Notes: a model not told the origin generated them from the sequence alone. A stretch of DNA of 64,000 nt from Microcystaceae cyanobacterium (GCA_041746575.1 JBGTGT010000133.1:32001-96000); one strand, 5' to 3'; counted from the first letter of the stretch, positions 1-12,409 are shown. Program-made: numbers and translations.

Positions 1-2
1 TT

Positions 3-251
3 CCGTTGGCTCTCCTCTTCATTTCTGACGATGAAATCGTGAGAGGGAATGCCACAGAAGCCCTGAATTTCCATTTTAATGTGTGGCTTTATGGTATTAT
101 TTTTGGCATCCTCACCCTCATTTTGATTGGCTGGGTCTTGTTAGCGATTTTAGGAGTTTTCAACCTTATTATGCCCATTATTGGCATTTTAAGCGTTTGG
201 AAGAATCCTAATTCTGTCTATCGTTATCCTTTTATCTTCCGCATTCTTTAA
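3..251 (+). CDS. DUF4870-type small membrane protein, 5'-truncated by the window edge
   Basis: Frame is open from the left edge; 'NATEALNFHFN' followed by two hydrophobic helices and a C-terminal 'YRYPF' motif typical of DUF4870. Confidence 0.7.
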   Translation, partial: PLALLFISDDEIVRGNATEALNFHFNVWLYGIIFGILTLILIGWVLLAILGVFNLIMPIIGILSVWKNPNSVYRYPFIFRIL

Positions 252-294
252 CGAAGGTAATACCCGAAAGAACTTTCAACTTTTTTGACTCACT

Positions 295-1761
295 CTATTG
301 ACAAAAACGCCGTTCTTTGTCAAATTCAGGGTCTTGCCAAGAAAAAGCAAAATGACTAATCGCACGCAGCTGGGGAAAGCTTGAACGAATTGCTTCCATT
401 TGACTCTCCAAATTAGGACGATTATCGTAACTTTGTGACCATAACCCTGCAATCGCCGGAATAATCTTCACTTGACGCGGTGACATTTCCATCACCCGTT
501 TCACTTGAGCCACAATACAACGACTATCCCGACAGACACCATAAGCCATTGGATGCCACTCCATCGAAGCCGGAAATTGATCCCACGCTTGTAAACGAGA
601 ATCAAAGCCCCTTTCCCCCACTAATTGATTACCATCAGGAAAAAAGACCGCCCCTGACGGAATTCCGTATTTCTGAGCAGTTGAAGCCGCAAACGTCACA
701 AAATCTACTACCCCTTGAGCGGCATGGGCAACCGCTAAAAACCAAATTTCTGTTTTTAAGCGATTGAGACGGCTGTTTAAAGGTTCTTTCTGCTCATTAG
801 GCGGTGGGGTGCGTCCTTGCCACAGGGGAGAACCCTCTTTGGGATAAAGCTTATCCACCTCACTCACATCTTTGGCCGTAATATAACCTTGATTAAGATA
901 ACGGGTTAATAAATCTCTTCCTTTTTGATTGACTGCCCGATTGAGGAATCTTTGACGGGAAGCCTCGCCGTAAATCCATAAATCCTTAACATTTCCCACC
1001 GCAGATTGGCTCCCTGTACCTCTCGGATAGCGAACGTAGTCAAACAAAATCCCATCCGGTCGTCGTTTTAAGATAGCATTGAGCAATTGAGCATAATCTG
1101 CCTTCGCTTGTGGGTGATAGGGGTCAATAAACGCCTGAGATTGGTCATGGACAAAGGATGTACTGTTTTCTCCCTTGCCATTACGCGCTAAAACACTTTG
1201 TTTTTCGGGTTTTCGACTGTAAACATAACCAAAGTTCAACGTAAAAACCCAAGCATAAACCTTTAAACCTCGTTCATGACCTTTTTGAATCACCTGAGCG
1301 AGCAAATCCGTCTTTTCGTGCCCTTCGCTACGTACCACGCTATCCCACACCGTCGGATTATCGGCTGGAGGCAGTAAGACCTGACTATCGGCAAAGGCTT
1401 CAACATAAACCCTATTATAACCCTTATTGACAATGCGATCTAAAGTCCGATCAATTGAAGCTGGACGTACATCACAGGGATAAAGACGTAACCATATCGC
1501 TTGCGTAGGATAAACCGAGCTTTGTCGGCAACGACGTAGAGATTCCCCATCTTCACGCACTAAGACTTGATATTCCTTTTGAGCATTCGTATTTCCTTTC
1601 AGAGAAGCTTCTAATAATTGGGCTTTTTGGGCGATCGCTTTTTCCTCTAATTGACAATAATCTCCTCTTGCGGCATCAGCAGAAGCGATTAAAGAATTTG
1701 GGCTAATAAAATAGATAATCAGGGCTAAAAAGCTGTTTAAAAGTCTCAATTGAACTTTCAT
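295..1761 (-). CDS. Glycosyl hydrolase-like 10 (GHL10/DUF187) family secreted protein
   Basis: Signal peptide; motifs 'GYNRVYVE', 'GLKVYAW', 'FIDPYHPQA', 'PDGILFDYVRYP'. Confidence 0.75.
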   Translation of the reverse strand: MKVQLRLLNSFLALIIYFISPNSLIASADAARGDYCQLEEKAIAQKAQLLEASLKGNTNAQKEYQVLVREDGESLRRCRQSSVYPTQAIWLRLYPCDVRPASIDRTLDRIVNKGYNRVYVEAFADSQVLLPPADNPTVWDSVVRSEGHEKTDLLAQVIQKGHERGLKVYAWVFTLNFGYVYSRKPEKQSVLARNGKGENSTSFVHDQSQAFIDPYHPQAKADYAQLLNAILKRRPDGILFDYVRYPRGTGSQSAVGNVKDLWIYGEASRQRFLNRAVNQKGRDLLTRYLNQGYITAKDVSEVDKLYPKEGSPLWQGRTPPPNEQKEPLNSRLNRLKTEIWFLAVAHAAQGVVDFVTFAASTAQKYGIPSGAVFFPDGNQLVGERGFDSRLQAWDQFPASMEWHPMAYGVCRDSRCIVAQVKRVMEMSPRQVKIIPAIAGLWSQSYDNRPNLESQMEAIRSSFPQLRAISHFAFSWQDPEFDKERRFCQ

Positions 1762-1829
1762 TATCGTTATGGCTTAAATGATGAGGTTTAAGAGTCAAAC
1801 ATCAAAAGGATTGATTCCTAATTACGGCT

Positions 1830-3104
1830 TCAATCTTCCACTCTGCGCTTAATCGTTTCTTCCTTCGTCAAAAGTCCTTCCGCTTGAGCTAATAACGCTA
1901 AGGTATAGGATAATTTTTGGAGAGCATCGGGAGAATATTGGATTAAATTTGTCGGTTTTAAGAACGTTTCGATGCTAATCGTTGCCCCATGTCGCCAATG
2001 ACCGGATGCGGGGTAAATTAACGAAGATCCCCCTAAATAATCCCCAGTGGCTTTCGGTGTATTTTGTCCCAAAAAAATTGCCCTCGCTTGCTGAATTTTA
2101 TCCACCCAATCCCAAGGCTCAGCCACTGATAGTAACAGAAAATAAGGCTGAATTTCCTCGCTCCATTGAATCGCCGTCGTCAAAGAATCCACCACCACAA
2201 TTAAACCATAATGGGCTAAGGCTTTCTCTGTCAAAATACTCGAAGGAGAATCCGGCAGCCAATCCAAGATACGCTGTTGTACCCGTTGCGCTAACCCTAG
2301 GTCATCTGTCAGTAAAACCAAAGCAGAAGTCGGGTATTGTTCAGCTTGTGCAATCAAATCCGCCGCAATATAGCGATCTTTTGCTGTCCGATCAGCAATA
2401 ATCACCAAATCCGTCCTTTCTATCGGAGTGTCAATAGTAACCACCCCATTAACCAGCTTCTTTGCCAGTGTCACTTCCCAGTCGCCCGCTCCCGTAATCA
2501 CCTCAACCGGAGGAATTGTCTCCGTGCCATAGGCCAACGCAGCGATCGCCGCCGCACCGTCGATATGATAAATTTCTTGAATACCCACCTCTTGGGCGGC
2601 CACTAAGACGGCAAAATAATGGCTGTGTTTACTATCTAATGGGGTCACCATTATCCGTTGAGGAACCTTGGCAACCTGTGCTGGAATCGCTTGTGTCAAC
2701 AAAGATCCGACATTTTCGGCATAAAAACCGGCACGCTTCACTGGATGGTAACGCCGTCCTAATACCCCCTCATCCTCCGCAAAATGAACCCATGCTTTAG
2801 GAATCCGTTGTTGATAGAAAACCGCTAACTGACGACAACAACTGCGTAAGGCTTCCACTAATCCTTGAGGAATCTTCTGATAAGCCGCATCCAATTCTGT
2901 ACTACTAATACGAATGGGAGACACCCCCGCAGGCATCCCTTGATCCCCTTGTTGTTGAATTTTGAGCAAAATATCTTGTACCGTCGCCGTTTTTGCACGA
3001 AGATCAGCCTCATAAGCCATTTCTTCTTTGCCTAGCTTATGTGAATGGCGAATTCTTTGTAATTCCGCCCGTGCCTCCCTTGGCTGAATAATGATTCGCA
3101 GCAT
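1830..3104 (-). CDS. hisD: Histidinol dehydrogenase homologue with a degenerate active site (possible pseudo-enzyme)
   Basis: HisD scaffold motifs (AIPAQVAKV, GAAAIAALAYGTETI, DLIAQAE, GDY, AEGL) and the usual divergent position next to rpsT; the AEH, PEHL, NH and terminal His motifs are substituted. Confidence 0.8.
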   Translation of the reverse strand: MLRIIIQPREARAELQRIRHSHKLGKEEMAYEADLRAKTATVQDILLKIQQQGDQGMPAGVSPIRISSTELDAAYQKIPQGLVEALRSCCRQLAVFYQQRIPKAWVHFAEDEGVLGRRYHPVKRAGFYAENVGSLLTQAIPAQVAKVPQRIMVTPLDSKHSHYFAVLVAAQEVGIQEIYHIDGAAAIAALAYGTETIPPVEVITGAGDWEVTLAKKLVNGVVTIDTPIERTDLVIIADRTAKDRYIAADLIAQAEQYPTSALVLLTDDLGLAQRVQQRILDWLPDSPSSILTEKALAHYGLIVVVDSLTTAIQWSEEIQPYFLLLSVAEPWDWVDKIQQARAIFLGQNTPKATGDYLGGSSLIYPASGHWRHGATISIETFLKPTNLIQYSPDALQKLSYTLALLAQAEGLLTKEETIKRRVED

Positions 3105-3319
3105 AGCCTTAGAACCCTGTGATTCCGATGGTTGGCAATGAGTTGCAAAACTCTCCTCTATAGCTTAACTTGGATTTCTGTGGAATCGCAGTTCCCCCCC
3201 CCATGGATATTCAATCAAGGAAAAATAGACCTTGTGCAAAAAAAGACAAGCCTGCTATAATAACGGATCGGACTCTATACAATTTAGGATAACTTAGTAA
3301 CCAAATTCGGGGAATCACA

Positions 3320-3616
3320 GTGGCGAATATCAAATCATCCATTAAACGCATCGAAATTGCAGAGCGTAATCGTCTGCGCAATAAATCCTACAAATCTGCC
3401 GTCAGAACCCTGATGAAAAAATACTTCATGGCGGTGGAAACCTATGGAGAAAACCCTTCAACGGAGCAAATGGCCGAAATTCAGCAACATCTAGCCACTG
3501 CTTATAGCAAAATTGACAAAGCGGTTAAAAGAGGCATATTTCATCGCAATAACGGCGCACGCAAAAAAGCCCGTCTGGCTAGAGCCTTAAAGCCCATCAC
3601 GGCAACCTCCGCTTAA
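3320..3616 (+). CDS. rpsT: 30S ribosomal protein S20
   Basis: '[30 protein letters not shown]', '[22 protein letters not shown]'; GTG start. Confidence 0.98.
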   Translation: MANIKSSIKRIEIAERNRLRNKSYKSAVRTLMKKYFMAVETYGENPSTEQMAEIQQHLATAYSKIDKAVKRGIFHRNNGARKKARLARALKPITATSA

Positions 3617-3728
3617 AATGAAGGGATCCTACCCTGTCCCCTAAACAGATCGGATGCCCATGGGGAATAATAATTCGTTAAAATCATAATGAGAACGATT
3701 CTCCGCCGTCTCATGCTCGCCATAGGAC

Positions 3729-4520
3729 ATGAAATTAATAGACACCCACGTCCATCTTAACTTCGACGTTTTTCAAGCCGATTTGGACGCTTTACAAGAG
3801 CGTTGGCAAAAAGCTGAAGTCGCACATTTGGTTCATTCCTGTGTCGCACCGCAAGAATTCCCCCAAATTCAGGCACTAGCTAATCGCTTTGCCGAACTTT
3901 CCTTCGCTGTCGGCCTACATCCCCTTGACGCTAACCAATGGACAGCCGAGATGGGGGATGAAATCCGCTCCTATGCGCAATCTGATTCGAGGGTCGTAGC
4001 GATTGGTGAAATAGGCTTAGACTTTTATAAGGCGGATAACGCGGCTTGGCAAAAAGAAGTCTTAGGATCTCAGTTGAAAATTGCTCATCAATTGGGTAAA
4101 CCGGTTATTATCCATTGTCGGGATGCGGCAGAGACCTTGAGAGATATTTTGCAACAATTTAGGCAAGATCAAGGTCAAATCAAAGGAGTGATGCACTGTT
4201 GGAGTGGCAGTCCCCAAGAAACTCAATGGTTTTTAGAGTTAGGATTTTATATTAGTTTTAGCGGCATTGTGACCTTTAAAAACGCCGAAACCGTGCAAAA
4301 ATCTGCCCAAATCGTCCCCAGCGATCGCTTACTGATCGAAACAGATTGCCCTTTTTTAGCCCCAACACCCAAACGAGGAAAACGCAATGAACCGTCCTTC
4401 GTGCGCTATGTGGCCGAGTTTTTGGCAGAATTACGAAGGGTTCCTTTAGAAAGCTTAGCTCAGCAAACCACCGAGAATGCGTGTCGACTGTTTCAGTTGG
4501 ACGTAAATAGTAATTTTTAA
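3729..4520 (+). CDS. tatD: TatD family DNase/hydrolase
   Basis: 'IDTHVH', 'VGLHP', 'AIGEIGLDF', 'IIHCR', 'HCWSG', '[11 protein letters not shown]' motifs; rpsT-tatD-rpoB order. Confidence 0.95.
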   Translation: MKLIDTHVHLNFDVFQADLDALQERWQKAEVAHLVHSCVAPQEFPQIQALANRFAELSFAVGLHPLDANQWTAEMGDEIRSYAQSDSRVVAIGEIGLDFYKADNAAWQKEVLGSQLKIAHQLGKPVIIHCRDAAETLRDILQQFRQDQGQIKGVMHCWSGSPQETQWFLELGFYISFSGIVTFKNAETVQKSAQIVPSDRLLIETDCPFLAPTPKRGKRNEPSFVRYVAEFLAELRRVPLESLAQQTTENACRLFQLDVNSNF

Positions 4521-4581
4521 GTAGTAACCCCTTAATTCTCTCCATACTTCCCCTAAAACCCGTTACTTTATCACCCAAAAG

Positions 4582-7500
4582 ATGATTAATTCAACCTTTA
4601 CCCTCCTGCCCGATTTAATTGAAATTCAACGTTCTAGCTTTCGTTGGTTTTTAGAAGAAGGTTTAATCGAAGAACTCAACAGCTTTTCTCCTATTACGGA
4701 CTATACAGGCAAATTGGAACTTCATTTTCTAGGAGAGAACTACAAACTCAAAGAACCCAAATATGATGTGGACGAAGCCAAACGACGGGATGCTAGCTAC
4801 TCAGTGCAAATGTATGTTCCCACGCGTCTAATCAATAAAGAAACGGGCGAAATTAAGGAACAGGAGGTCTTTATCGGCGATCTACCCCTAATGACAGAAC
4901 GGGGGACGTTTATCATTAATGGGGCAGAACGGGTGATCGTTAATCAAATTGTGCGATCTCCCGGCGTTTATTACAAAGCCGAAACCGACAAAAATAATCG
5001 TCGGACGTATTCTGCCTCACTGATTCCCAACCGAGGGGCATGGTTAAAGTTTGAAACCGATAAAAACGACCTAGTTTGGGTGCGTATTGACAAAACCCGT
5101 AAATTATCGGCGCAGGTTCTCTTAAAAGCGATCGGTCTGAGTGACAACGAAATTTTAGATGCGCTACGCCATCCCGAATATTATCAAAAAACCCTAGATA
5201 AAGAAGGTAATCCCAGCGAAGAAGACGCTCTCCTAGAACTTTATCGCAAACTACGCCCCGGTGAGCCGCCTACGGTCAGTGGAGGACAACAACTGTTAGA
5301 ATCGCGCTTTTTTGACCCGAAACGCTATGATTTAGGCAGAGTTGGTCGCTATAAACTCAATAAAAAACTGCGGTTAAGTGTTCCCGATACCTTACGGGTA
5401 TTGACCCCCAACGATATTATGACCGCCATTGACTATCTCATTAACCTTGAATTCGATACAGGGACAGTAGATGACATTGACCACTTAGGAAACCGTCGCG
5501 TGCGCTCTGTTGGTGAATTATTGCAAAACCAAGTCAGAGTCGGCTTAAATCGCCTTGAACGGATTATTCGAGAGCGGATGACCGTTACCGAATCCGATGC
5601 CTTAACCCCAGCTTCCTTGGTCAACCCCAAACCCCTTGTTGCCGCCATCAAAGAATTTTTCGGGTCTTCCCAATTGTCTCAGTTTATGGATCAAACCAAT
5701 CCCTTAGCGGAATTGACCCACAAACGACGGATTTCTGCCCTTGGACCGGGCGGCTTAACCCGTGAACGGGCAGGCTTTGCCGTGCGAGATATTCATCCCT
5801 CCCACCACGGACGAATTTGCCCCGTAGAAACCCCAGAAGGACCCAATGCCGGGCTGATTGGTTCATTAGCCACCTTTGCACGGGTCAATCAATATGGCTT
5901 CATTGAAACCCCCTATTATAAAGTCGAAAATGGACGAATGCGGCGAGATATTCCTCCTGAATACTTAACGGCCGACGAAGAAGATGATTTGCGGGTTGCG
6001 CCGGGGGATGTCGGGACAGATGAAGAGGGAAATTTTCTCAGTGATTTAATTCCCATTCGCTATCGTCAGGAATTTTCGACGACAACCTCAGATCAAGTAG
6101 ATTATGTAGCCGTATCGCCGGTGCAGATTGTTTCAGTGGCAACCTCGTTAATTCCCTTCCTAGAACACGACGATGCGAACCGTGCTTTGATGGGATCGAA
6201 TATGCAACGTCAAGCCGTTCCCCTCCTACGTCCTGAAAGACCCTTAGTCGGGACGGGACTAGAAGCCCAAGCCGCGCGGGATTCAGGGATGGTGATTGTT
6301 TCACGAACTCACGGCGTCGTCACCTATGTGGATGCTGATTTAGTCAAAGTCAGTGTTTACGATTCAGAAACCAATCAGCCCATCGGACAAGAAATCGAAT
6401 ATGAACTGCAAAAATATCAGCGTTCTAACCAAGATACCTGTCTCAATCAACGTCCTCTGGTCTATCAAGGAGAAGAAGTCGTCCCTGGCCAAGTTCTAGC
6501 TGATGGTTCGGCCACCGAAGGGGGTGAATTAGCCCTAGGTCAAAACATCTTAGTGGCTTATATGCCTTGGGAAGGGTACAACTACGAAGATGCCATCTTA
6601 ATCAGTGAACGGCTAGTTTATGACGATACCTATACCACGATTCACATCGAAAAATTTGAAATTGAATCGCGTCAAACGAAACTTGGCCCCGAAGAGATTA
6701 CGCGAGAAATTCCCAATGTCGGCGAAGATTCCCTGCGCAATTTAGATGAAAATGGCATTATTCGCGTGGGCGCGTGGGTTGAATCGGGAGACATCTTAGT
6801 GGGCAAAGTAACACCCAAAGGAGAATCGGATCAACCCCCTGAAGAAAAGCTGTTGCGGGCAATTTTTGGAGAAAAAGCACGAGATGTGCGAGATAATTCC
6901 CTACGAGTTCCTAACGGCGAAAAAGGACGGGTGGTGGATGTACGGGTCTTCACTCGTGAAAAAGGCGACGAACTGCCTCCCGGTGCCAATATGGTGGTGC
7001 GGGTTTATGTCGCCCAAAAACGCAAAATTCAGGTTGGAGATAAAATGGCCGGCCGTCACGGCAATAAAGGAATTATTTCCCGCATTTTACCCATTGAGGA
7101 TATGCCTTATCTGCCCGATGGTCGTCCTGTAGATATCGTCTTAAATCCCCTGGGTGTACCGTCTCGGATGAACGTTGGACAAGTCTTTGAATGTCTGTTA
7201 GGCTGGGCTGGCGAAAACCTAGGCGTGCGCTTCAAAGTGACCCCTTTTGATGAAATGTATGGCGCGGAAGCCAGTCGGGAAACGGTACACGGCTTACTCG
7301 AAGACGCCACCAAAAAACCCAGCAAGGATTGGGTATTCGACGACAACCATCCCGGTAAAGTGCAAGTCTTTGACGGACGCACGGGAGAAGCCTTTGATCG
7401 CCCAGTAACGGTGGGCATGGCCTATATGTTGAAACTGGTTCACTTGGTGGATGATAAGATTCACGCCCGTTCTACTGGCCCTTACTCTTTGGTCACCCAA

Positions 7501-7887
7501 CAACCCCTAGGAGGTAAAGCCCAACAAGGGGGGCAACGCTTTGGTGAAATGGAGGTGTGGGCATTGGAAGCTTACGGGGCGGCTTATACCTTGCAAGAGT
7601 TACTTACCGTTAAATCCGACGATATGCAGGGACGAAATGAGGCGTTGAACGCTATTGTCAAAGGGAAGCCGATTCCGCGTCCGGGTACGCCTGAATCTTT
7701 CAAAGTCTTGATGCGAGAACTGCAATCTTTGGGTTTAGATATTGCCGTTCACAAAGTTGAAACCGAAGCAGACGGGAGTAGTCAAGATGTCGAGGTCGAT
7801 TTAATGATTGATACCCAACGACGCGCCCCTAGCCGTCCTACCTATGAATCCCTATCACAGGAAGACTTAGAAGAAGAAGAAGTGTAA
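4582..7887 (+). CDS. rpoB: DNA-directed RNA polymerase beta subunit
   Basis: '[12 protein letters not shown]', '[25 protein letters not shown]', '[16 protein letters not shown]'. Confidence 0.99.
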   Translation: MINSTFTLLPDLIEIQRSSFRWFLEEGLIEELNSFSPITDYTGKLELHFLGENYKLKEPKYDVDEAKRRDASYSVQMYVPTRLINKETGEIKEQEVFIGDLPLMTERGTFIINGAERVIVNQIVRSPGVYYKAETDKNNRRTYSASLIPNRGAWLKFETDKNDLVWVRIDKTRKLSAQVLLKAIGLSDNEILDALRHPEYYQKTLDKEGNPSEEDALLELYRKLRPGEPPTVSGGQQLLESRFFDPKRYDLGRVGRYKLNKKLRLSVPDTLRVLTPNDIMTAIDYLINLEFDTGTVDDIDHLGNRRVRSVGELLQNQVRVGLNRLERIIRERMTVTESDALTPASLVNPKPLVAAIKEFFGSSQLSQFMDQTNPLAELTHKRRISALGPGGLTRERAGFAVRDIHPSHHGRICPVETPEGPNAGLIGSLATFARVNQYGFIETPYYKVENGRMRRDIPPEYLTADEEDDLRVAPGDVGTDEEGNFLSDLIPIRYRQEFSTTTSDQVDYVAVSPVQIVSVATSLIPFLEHDDANRALMGSNMQRQAVPLLRPERPLVGTGLEAQAARDSGMVIVSRTHGVVTYVDADLVKVSVYDSETNQPIGQEIEYELQKYQRSNQDTCLNQRPLVYQGEEVVPGQVLADGSATEGGELALGQNILVAYMPWEGYNYEDAILISERLVYDDTYTTIHIEKFEIESRQTKLGPEEITREIPNVGEDSLRNLDENGIIRVGAWVESGDILVGKVTPKGESDQPPEEKLLRAIFGEKARDVRDNSLRVPNGEKGRVVDVRVFTREKGDELPPGANMVVRVYVAQKRKIQVGDKMAGRHGNKGIISRILPIEDMPYLPDGRPVDIVLNPLGVPSRMNVGQVFECLLGWAGENLGVRFKVTPFDEMYGAEASRETVHGLLEDATKKPSKDWVFDDNHPGKVQVFDGRTGEAFDRPVTVGMAYMLKLVHLVDDKIHARSTGPYSLVTQQPLGGKAQQGGQRFGEMEVWALEAYGAAYTLQELLTVKSDDMQGRNEALNAIVKGKPIPRPGTPESFKVLMRELQSLGLDIAVHKVETEADGSSQDVEVDLMIDTQRRAPSRPTYESLSQEDLEEEEV

Positions 7888-7989
7888 ATAGTGAATAGTT
7901 AATAGTTAAACAGAAATCATTCATTTTTAGCTATTAACTCCTAACTATTAACTCAAACTTTCTAACGCTCAACTATTAACTATCAACTC
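7887..7989. repeat. Short heptamer tandem repeats (STRR-like) in two inverted clusters
   Basis: AATAGTG-AATAGTT-AATAGTT at 7887-7907, then degenerate CTATTAA/CTCCTAA/CTATCAA units at 7931-7989, which are in the reverse-complement phase. Confidence 0.7.
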
Positions 7990-7991
7990 AT

Positions 7992-10900
7992 ATGACTTTC
8001 TACAATCACATCGTTGACAAAGGCCATCTCAAAAAACTGATTGCTTGGGCGTATCGTCAATATGGTTCAGCCCGTTGTTCTCAAATGGCCGATAATCTTA
8101 AAGATTTAGGTTTTCGCTACGCGACCAAAGCGGGGGTATCCATCAGCATCGAAGATTTAACAATTCCGCCCATTAAACGGGAATTACTCGACCGTGCAGA
8201 GCAGGAAATCCGTGCCACCGAAGCCCGTTATGCCAAAGGAGAAATCACAGAAGTCGAACGGTTTCAAAAGGTTATTGATACATGGAATACGACCTCCGAA
8301 TCGCTTAAAGATGAAGTCGTTCGCAACTTTAAAGAGACAGACCCTCTGAATTCGGTATATATGATGGCCTTTTCGGGCGCAAGGGGAAATCTAAGCCAAG
8401 TGCGCCAATTGGTGGGAATGCGGGGCTTAATGGCCGATCCTCAAGGGGAAATTATTGATATTCCAATTAAAACCAATTTCAGAGAAGGGTTAACCGTCAC
8501 GGAATACGTCATTTCCTCCTACGGGGCGCGTAAAGGGTTAGTCGATACTGCCCTGAGAACCGCCGATTCGGGCTACTTAACCCGTCGTCTGGTGGATGTG
8601 GCACAGGATATGATCGTGCGGGAAATTGATTGTGGTACAACTCGCAGTGTAACGGTCACCCCAATGAAAGACGGCGATCGCACCTTAATTCCCTTAGGTG
8701 ATCGCTTAATGGGACGCTTATTAGCCGAGGATGTGGTCGCTAAAGGCGAAGTAATCGCCCGTCGCAATGACTGTATGGACGAAGCCCTTGCCAATAAAGT
8801 GGGAGCGGCAGTAGATTGGGTCAAAGTGCGATCTCCCCTGACCTGTGAAGCGGCGCGCTCAGTCTGCCAATGTTGCTACGGTTGGAGTTTAGCCCACGGT
8901 ACTCCGGTAGATATGGGAGAAGCGGTGGGGATTATTGCCGCCCAATCCATCGGTGAACCCGGAACCCAATTAACCATGCGGACTTTCCACACAGGAGGGG
9001 TCTTTACCGGGAAAGTTGCCGATATTGTCAAAGCTCCTAATGCCGGAACCGTGAAATGGAGCAAAGAACTGAGTACCCGCAAAACCCGAACCCGACACGG
9101 CGATGATGCAGAATTAGTGGAAATTGCTGGGGAAATTACATGGTCACCGTCAGGAAAAGGAAAGTCAAAATCCTATCCGCTAACCCCCGGTTCGCTAATT
9201 TTTGTAGCCAACGGGACAACCGTCGTGGCTGAGCAACTGTTAGCAGAAATTACCTCAGCCAAGGTACAGAAATCCACTGAACGGGCGACCAAAGACGTAA
9301 CCGCCGATCTCGCAGGGGAAATTATTTTCAGTGATTTTGTGCCAGAGGACAAAACGGATCGTCAAGGCAATATTACCCGCATTGCGCAGCGGGCAGGTTT
9401 ACTCTGGATTTTACAGGGAGATGTCTATAATCTACCGCCGGGAGCAGAACCCCTAGTGGAAAATGGGGATATGGTTGAAAACGGGTCAGTTTTAGCAAAA
9501 ACAAAGTTAGCCACCGCCAATGGGGGGGTCGTGCGTTGGGAAGAAGGGAGCCGAGAAATTGAGATTATTACTGCCTCGGTATTACTGGATCAAGCGAAGG
9601 TCAAACGAGAAGCCTTAGGCGGGCGGGATCAATATATTATTGAAACGGCCGATGAACAACGATTCCTACTCAAAGCGACCCCTGGGACGAAAGTGCAGAA
9701 CCATGCCATTGTGTCCGAATTGGCCGATCCCCGTTACCGAACCTTAACAGGGGGACTCCTGCGCTACGGTGGCGTTGAAGTGGCTAAAGGAAGCCGCAAA
9801 CAAGGGTATGAAGTGATTAAAGGGGGATCGTTGTTGTGGATTCCCGAAGAAACCCATGAGGTCAACAAAGATATTTCCTTGCTACTGGTAGAAGATGGCC
9901 AGTATGTTGAAGCCGGCACGGAAGTGGTGAAGGATATCTTCTGTCAATCCAGTGGCGTGGTTGAAGTGATCCAAAAGAACGACATTTTACGAGAAATTAT
10001 CCTTAAACAAGGGGATTATCACCTTGATGTCGATCCGGATTTACCGATTGAAGAGGGTCAATTAATTCAACCAGGGACAGAAGTATTACCCGATGTGACC
10101 GTTGAACAGTTAGTGCAGGCCGAATGGATTGAAAGTACCGAAGGATTAGGGTTACTCTTGCGCCCTGTTCAAGAATATTTGGTATCTGATGAACCTGCCG
10201 CCCCCTCTCAAGGCTCAATTAACGATGAAGGCGGACGGACGATTGAATTACGCTCGGTACAACGTCTCTTTTATAAAGACGGAGAACGGGTAAAATCCGT
10301 TGAAGGCTGTCAGTTATTGAGTACCCAATTGGTTTTAGAAATTCAAGGGGAAGAGCATGAAAGTATCGCCCATTTAACGGCAGATATTGAACTTCTCGAT
10401 GACGAAACAGAAGACTGTCAAAGGCTTCAGCTGGTCATCTTAGAATCACTGGTCTTACGGCGGGATATGGACACTGATCCCTATGGCGGATTGGTGCAAA
10501 CCAAAGTTCTGGTTACAGATGGACAGAAAATTCAAGCCGGTGATGAAGTGGCTAGAACGGAAATTCAAGCGACGGAAGCGGGTCAAGTACGCGGTATTAG
10601 GAGCGGTATTGAGTCAATTCGTCGGATTCTGGTAGTGCGGGATCTGGATAAAATGATGATTCCTGTTGCCGGTAAGCCGATTAAAGCCGTCAATGCCTAT
10701 GTTGTGGAAGGGGAAGCGATCGCCGATGGCGTGGTTGCCCCGGAATCGGGACGCATTGTGGCTATTCATCCTGCCGATAAAGGCTGTGAAGTCGAATTGC
10801 GCTTAGGTCGCCCCTACCGGGTGTCAGCCGGTGCCATTTTACATATTGATGACGGCGATCTGGTACAACGGGGGGATAATTTAGTTCTCTTGGTCTTTGA

Positions 10901-11909
10901 GCGGTCAAAAACAGGAGATATTATTCAAGGGTTGCCTCGGATTGAGGAATTATTGGAAGCTCGCAAACCGAAGGAAGCTTGTATTCTCGCTCGTAAATCG
11001 GGAACCTGTCAGGTGGAATATCAAGATGATGACTCGGTAGATATCAAAGTGATTGAAGCCGATAGCACAATCAGTGATTATCCTATTTTGCCGGGGCAAA
11101 GCTTACTGGTATCAGACGGACAAATGGTAAATGCGGCCGATCCTCTCACGGATGGACCTGCCAATCCCCACGAAATCCTCGAAATTTTCTTTAGCTATCA
11201 TCTGGATGAATTAGGTTGTTACGAAGCATCCCTCGTTGGATTAGAGAAAGCACAAAAATTCCTCGTCGATCAAGTACAAATGGTCTATCAATCCCAAGGT
11301 ATTGATATTGCCGATAAACACATTGAAGTGATTGTCCGCCAGATGACTAGCAAAGTTCGTATTGACGATGGCGGAGATACCACTATGTTACCCGGTGAAT
11401 TATTGGAATTACGCCAAGTAGAGCAGGTGAATGAAGCAATGTCCATTACGGGGGGTGCGCCAGCGCGTTACACTCCTGTATTATTGGGAATTACAAAAGC
11501 ATCCTTAAATACGGACAGCTTTATCAGTGCGGCCAGTTTCCAAGAAACCACTCGTGTCCTAACAGAAGCCGCCATTGAGGGCAAATCAGACTGGTTACGG
11601 GGCTTAAAGGAAAATGTGATCATTGGTCGTTTAATTCCGGCAGGCACAGGATTCCATGCTCAAGAGGACGCGATTACTGATAATGGAGAAGATAACAGTT
11701 ATCGCGATCGTTCCTATAATGCTGATCAGGAGCGAACGGTTGAAACTGGCAAATTTCCGCCTCGATTGGGCTTGAATGAAGATGAGGATATGATCCTCGA
11801 TGATAATATCGCTCGTGCTTACACTGAGGCAGATTTGGGGTCAGAATTTGAGCCGACTTCGGATGTTGATGACGAGGATGGGGACGATTTTGACGATTAT
11901 GATGAATAA
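7992..11909 (+). CDS. rpoC2: DNA-directed RNA polymerase RpoC2 subunit (C-terminal part of the split cyanobacterial beta')
   Basis: '[26 protein letters not shown]', '[21 protein letters not shown]', large cyanobacterial insertion, '[14 protein letters not shown]'. Confidence 0.99.
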   Translation: MTFYNHIVDKGHLKKLIAWAYRQYGSARCSQMADNLKDLGFRYATKAGVSISIEDLTIPPIKRELLDRAEQEIRATEARYAKGEITEVERFQKVIDTWNTTSESLKDEVVRNFKETDPLNSVYMMAFSGARGNLSQVRQLVGMRGLMADPQGEIIDIPIKTNFREGLTVTEYVISSYGARKGLVDTALRTADSGYLTRRLVDVAQDMIVREIDCGTTRSVTVTPMKDGDRTLIPLGDRLMGRLLAEDVVAKGEVIARRNDCMDEALANKVGAAVDWVKVRSPLTCEAARSVCQCCYGWSLAHGTPVDMGEAVGIIAAQSIGEPGTQLTMRTFHTGGVFTGKVADIVKAPNAGTVKWSKELSTRKTRTRHGDDAELVEIAGEITWSPSGKGKSKSYPLTPGSLIFVANGTTVVAEQLLAEITSAKVQKSTERATKDVTADLAGEIIFSDFVPEDKTDRQGNITRIAQRAGLLWILQGDVYNLPPGAEPLVENGDMVENGSVLAKTKLATANGGVVRWEEGSREIEIITASVLLDQAKVKREALGGRDQYIIETADEQRFLLKATPGTKVQNHAIVSELADPRYRTLTGGLLRYGGVEVAKGSRKQGYEVIKGGSLLWIPEETHEVNKDISLLLVEDGQYVEAGTEVVKDIFCQSSGVVEVIQKNDILREIILKQGDYHLDVDPDLPIEEGQLIQPGTEVLPDVTVEQLVQAEWIESTEGLGLLLRPVQEYLVSDEPAAPSQGSINDEGGRTIELRSVQRLFYKDGERVKSVEGCQLLSTQLVLEIQGEEHESIAHLTADIELLDDETEDCQRLQLVILESLVLRRDMDTDPYGGLVQTKVLVTDGQKIQAGDEVARTEIQATEAGQVRGIRSGIESIRRILVVRDLDKMMIPVAGKPIKAVNAYVVEGEAIADGVVAPESGRIVAIHPADKGCEVELRLGRPYRVSAGAILHIDDGDLVQRGDNLVLLVFERSKTGDIIQGLPRIEELLEARKPKEACILARKSGTCQVEYQDDDSVDIKVIEADSTISDYPILPGQSLLVSDGQMVNAADPLTDGPANPHEILEIFFSYHLDELGCYEASLVGLEKAQKFLVDQVQMVYQSQGIDIADKHIEVIVRQMTSKVRIDDGGDTTMLPGELLELRQVEQVNEAMSITGGAPARYTPVLLGITKASLNTDSFISAASFQETTRVLTEAAIEGKSDWLRGLKENVIIGRLIPAGTGFHAQEDAITDNGEDNSYRDRSYNADQERTVETGKFPPRLGLNEDEDMILDDNIARAYTEADLGSEFEPTSDVDDEDGDDFDDYDE

Positions 11910-11931
11910 TCTTTGATGGATTTAGGGTAAC

Positions 11932-11977
11932 AGAGGGTCAGAAGATTTCAACCAATCATTCTTGCCCTCTTTTTTTA
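11932..11977 (+). terminator. Intrinsic terminator of the rpoB-rpoC2 unit
   Basis: Imperfect stem AGAGGG-TCAGAA-GATT...AATC-ATTCT-TG-CCCTCT followed by a T run. Confidence 0.7.
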
Positions 11978-12042
11978 TTGACGGAGTTGGATACAAAGGT
12001 TAATACTCAATTCGATTTACATATTTATTATGAAAAATAATT

Positions 12043-12254
12043 TATACCAATTTAAATAGGGGCTACAACAGATAGGGCATCCAAGATGAAGGAATAACCA
12101 GTGAGGGAAGCAACTATTTCGGCGTTAACTCACCGATAAGTTCATCTACTTTGGTTTGTAGTTGCTCTAAGATCTTGAAAGAAGCCCACTTAAGATCCGT
12201 CTTGAGATGTTCCCATAACCGCTCAATCGAATTCAATTCAGGACAGTAAGGCGG
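12043..12254 (-). mobile_element. IS630-family transposase 3' remnant with probable element end
   Basis: Minus strand reads 'PPYCPELNSIERLWEHLK...' (DDE third-acid motif); a frameshift continues as 'EIVASLTGYSFILDALSVVAPI*', followed by ATTGGTATA. Confidence 0.85.
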
Positions 12255-12261
12255 ATTTAGT

Positions 12262-12405
12262 ATTACTACTGACCCTGACACCATACCAGATAATTCTACT
12301 TCTTTTGTCATGACTAATCTCACGGCAACAACTAGCCAGATAAAAAAATATGCTTGTAATCTTTATGGATTAAGAATATGGGTTGAATATGGTTTCCGAC
12401 AATGT
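12262..12405 (+). mobile_element. IS701-family transposase internal fragment
   Basis: Plus strand reads 'ITTDPDTIPDNSTSFVMTNL...NLYGLRIWVEYGFRQC', matching the cyanobacterial IS701 YGLRxWVEYGFRQCK motif. Confidence 0.75.
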
Positions 12406-12409
12406 CAGT

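Noticed and set aside
4276..10218. Short antisense and alternate-frame ORFs inside tatD, rpoB and rpoC2 (and similar ones in leuA, sdhA, mnmG and the TpsA gene)
   Set aside because: These are expected shadows of codon bias in long genes, with no independent signals.
12114..12323. 69-aa ORF in the track treated as a gene
   Set aside because: It is a chimera: its N-terminus is the antisense of the IS701 fragment and the rest is an IS630 remnant.
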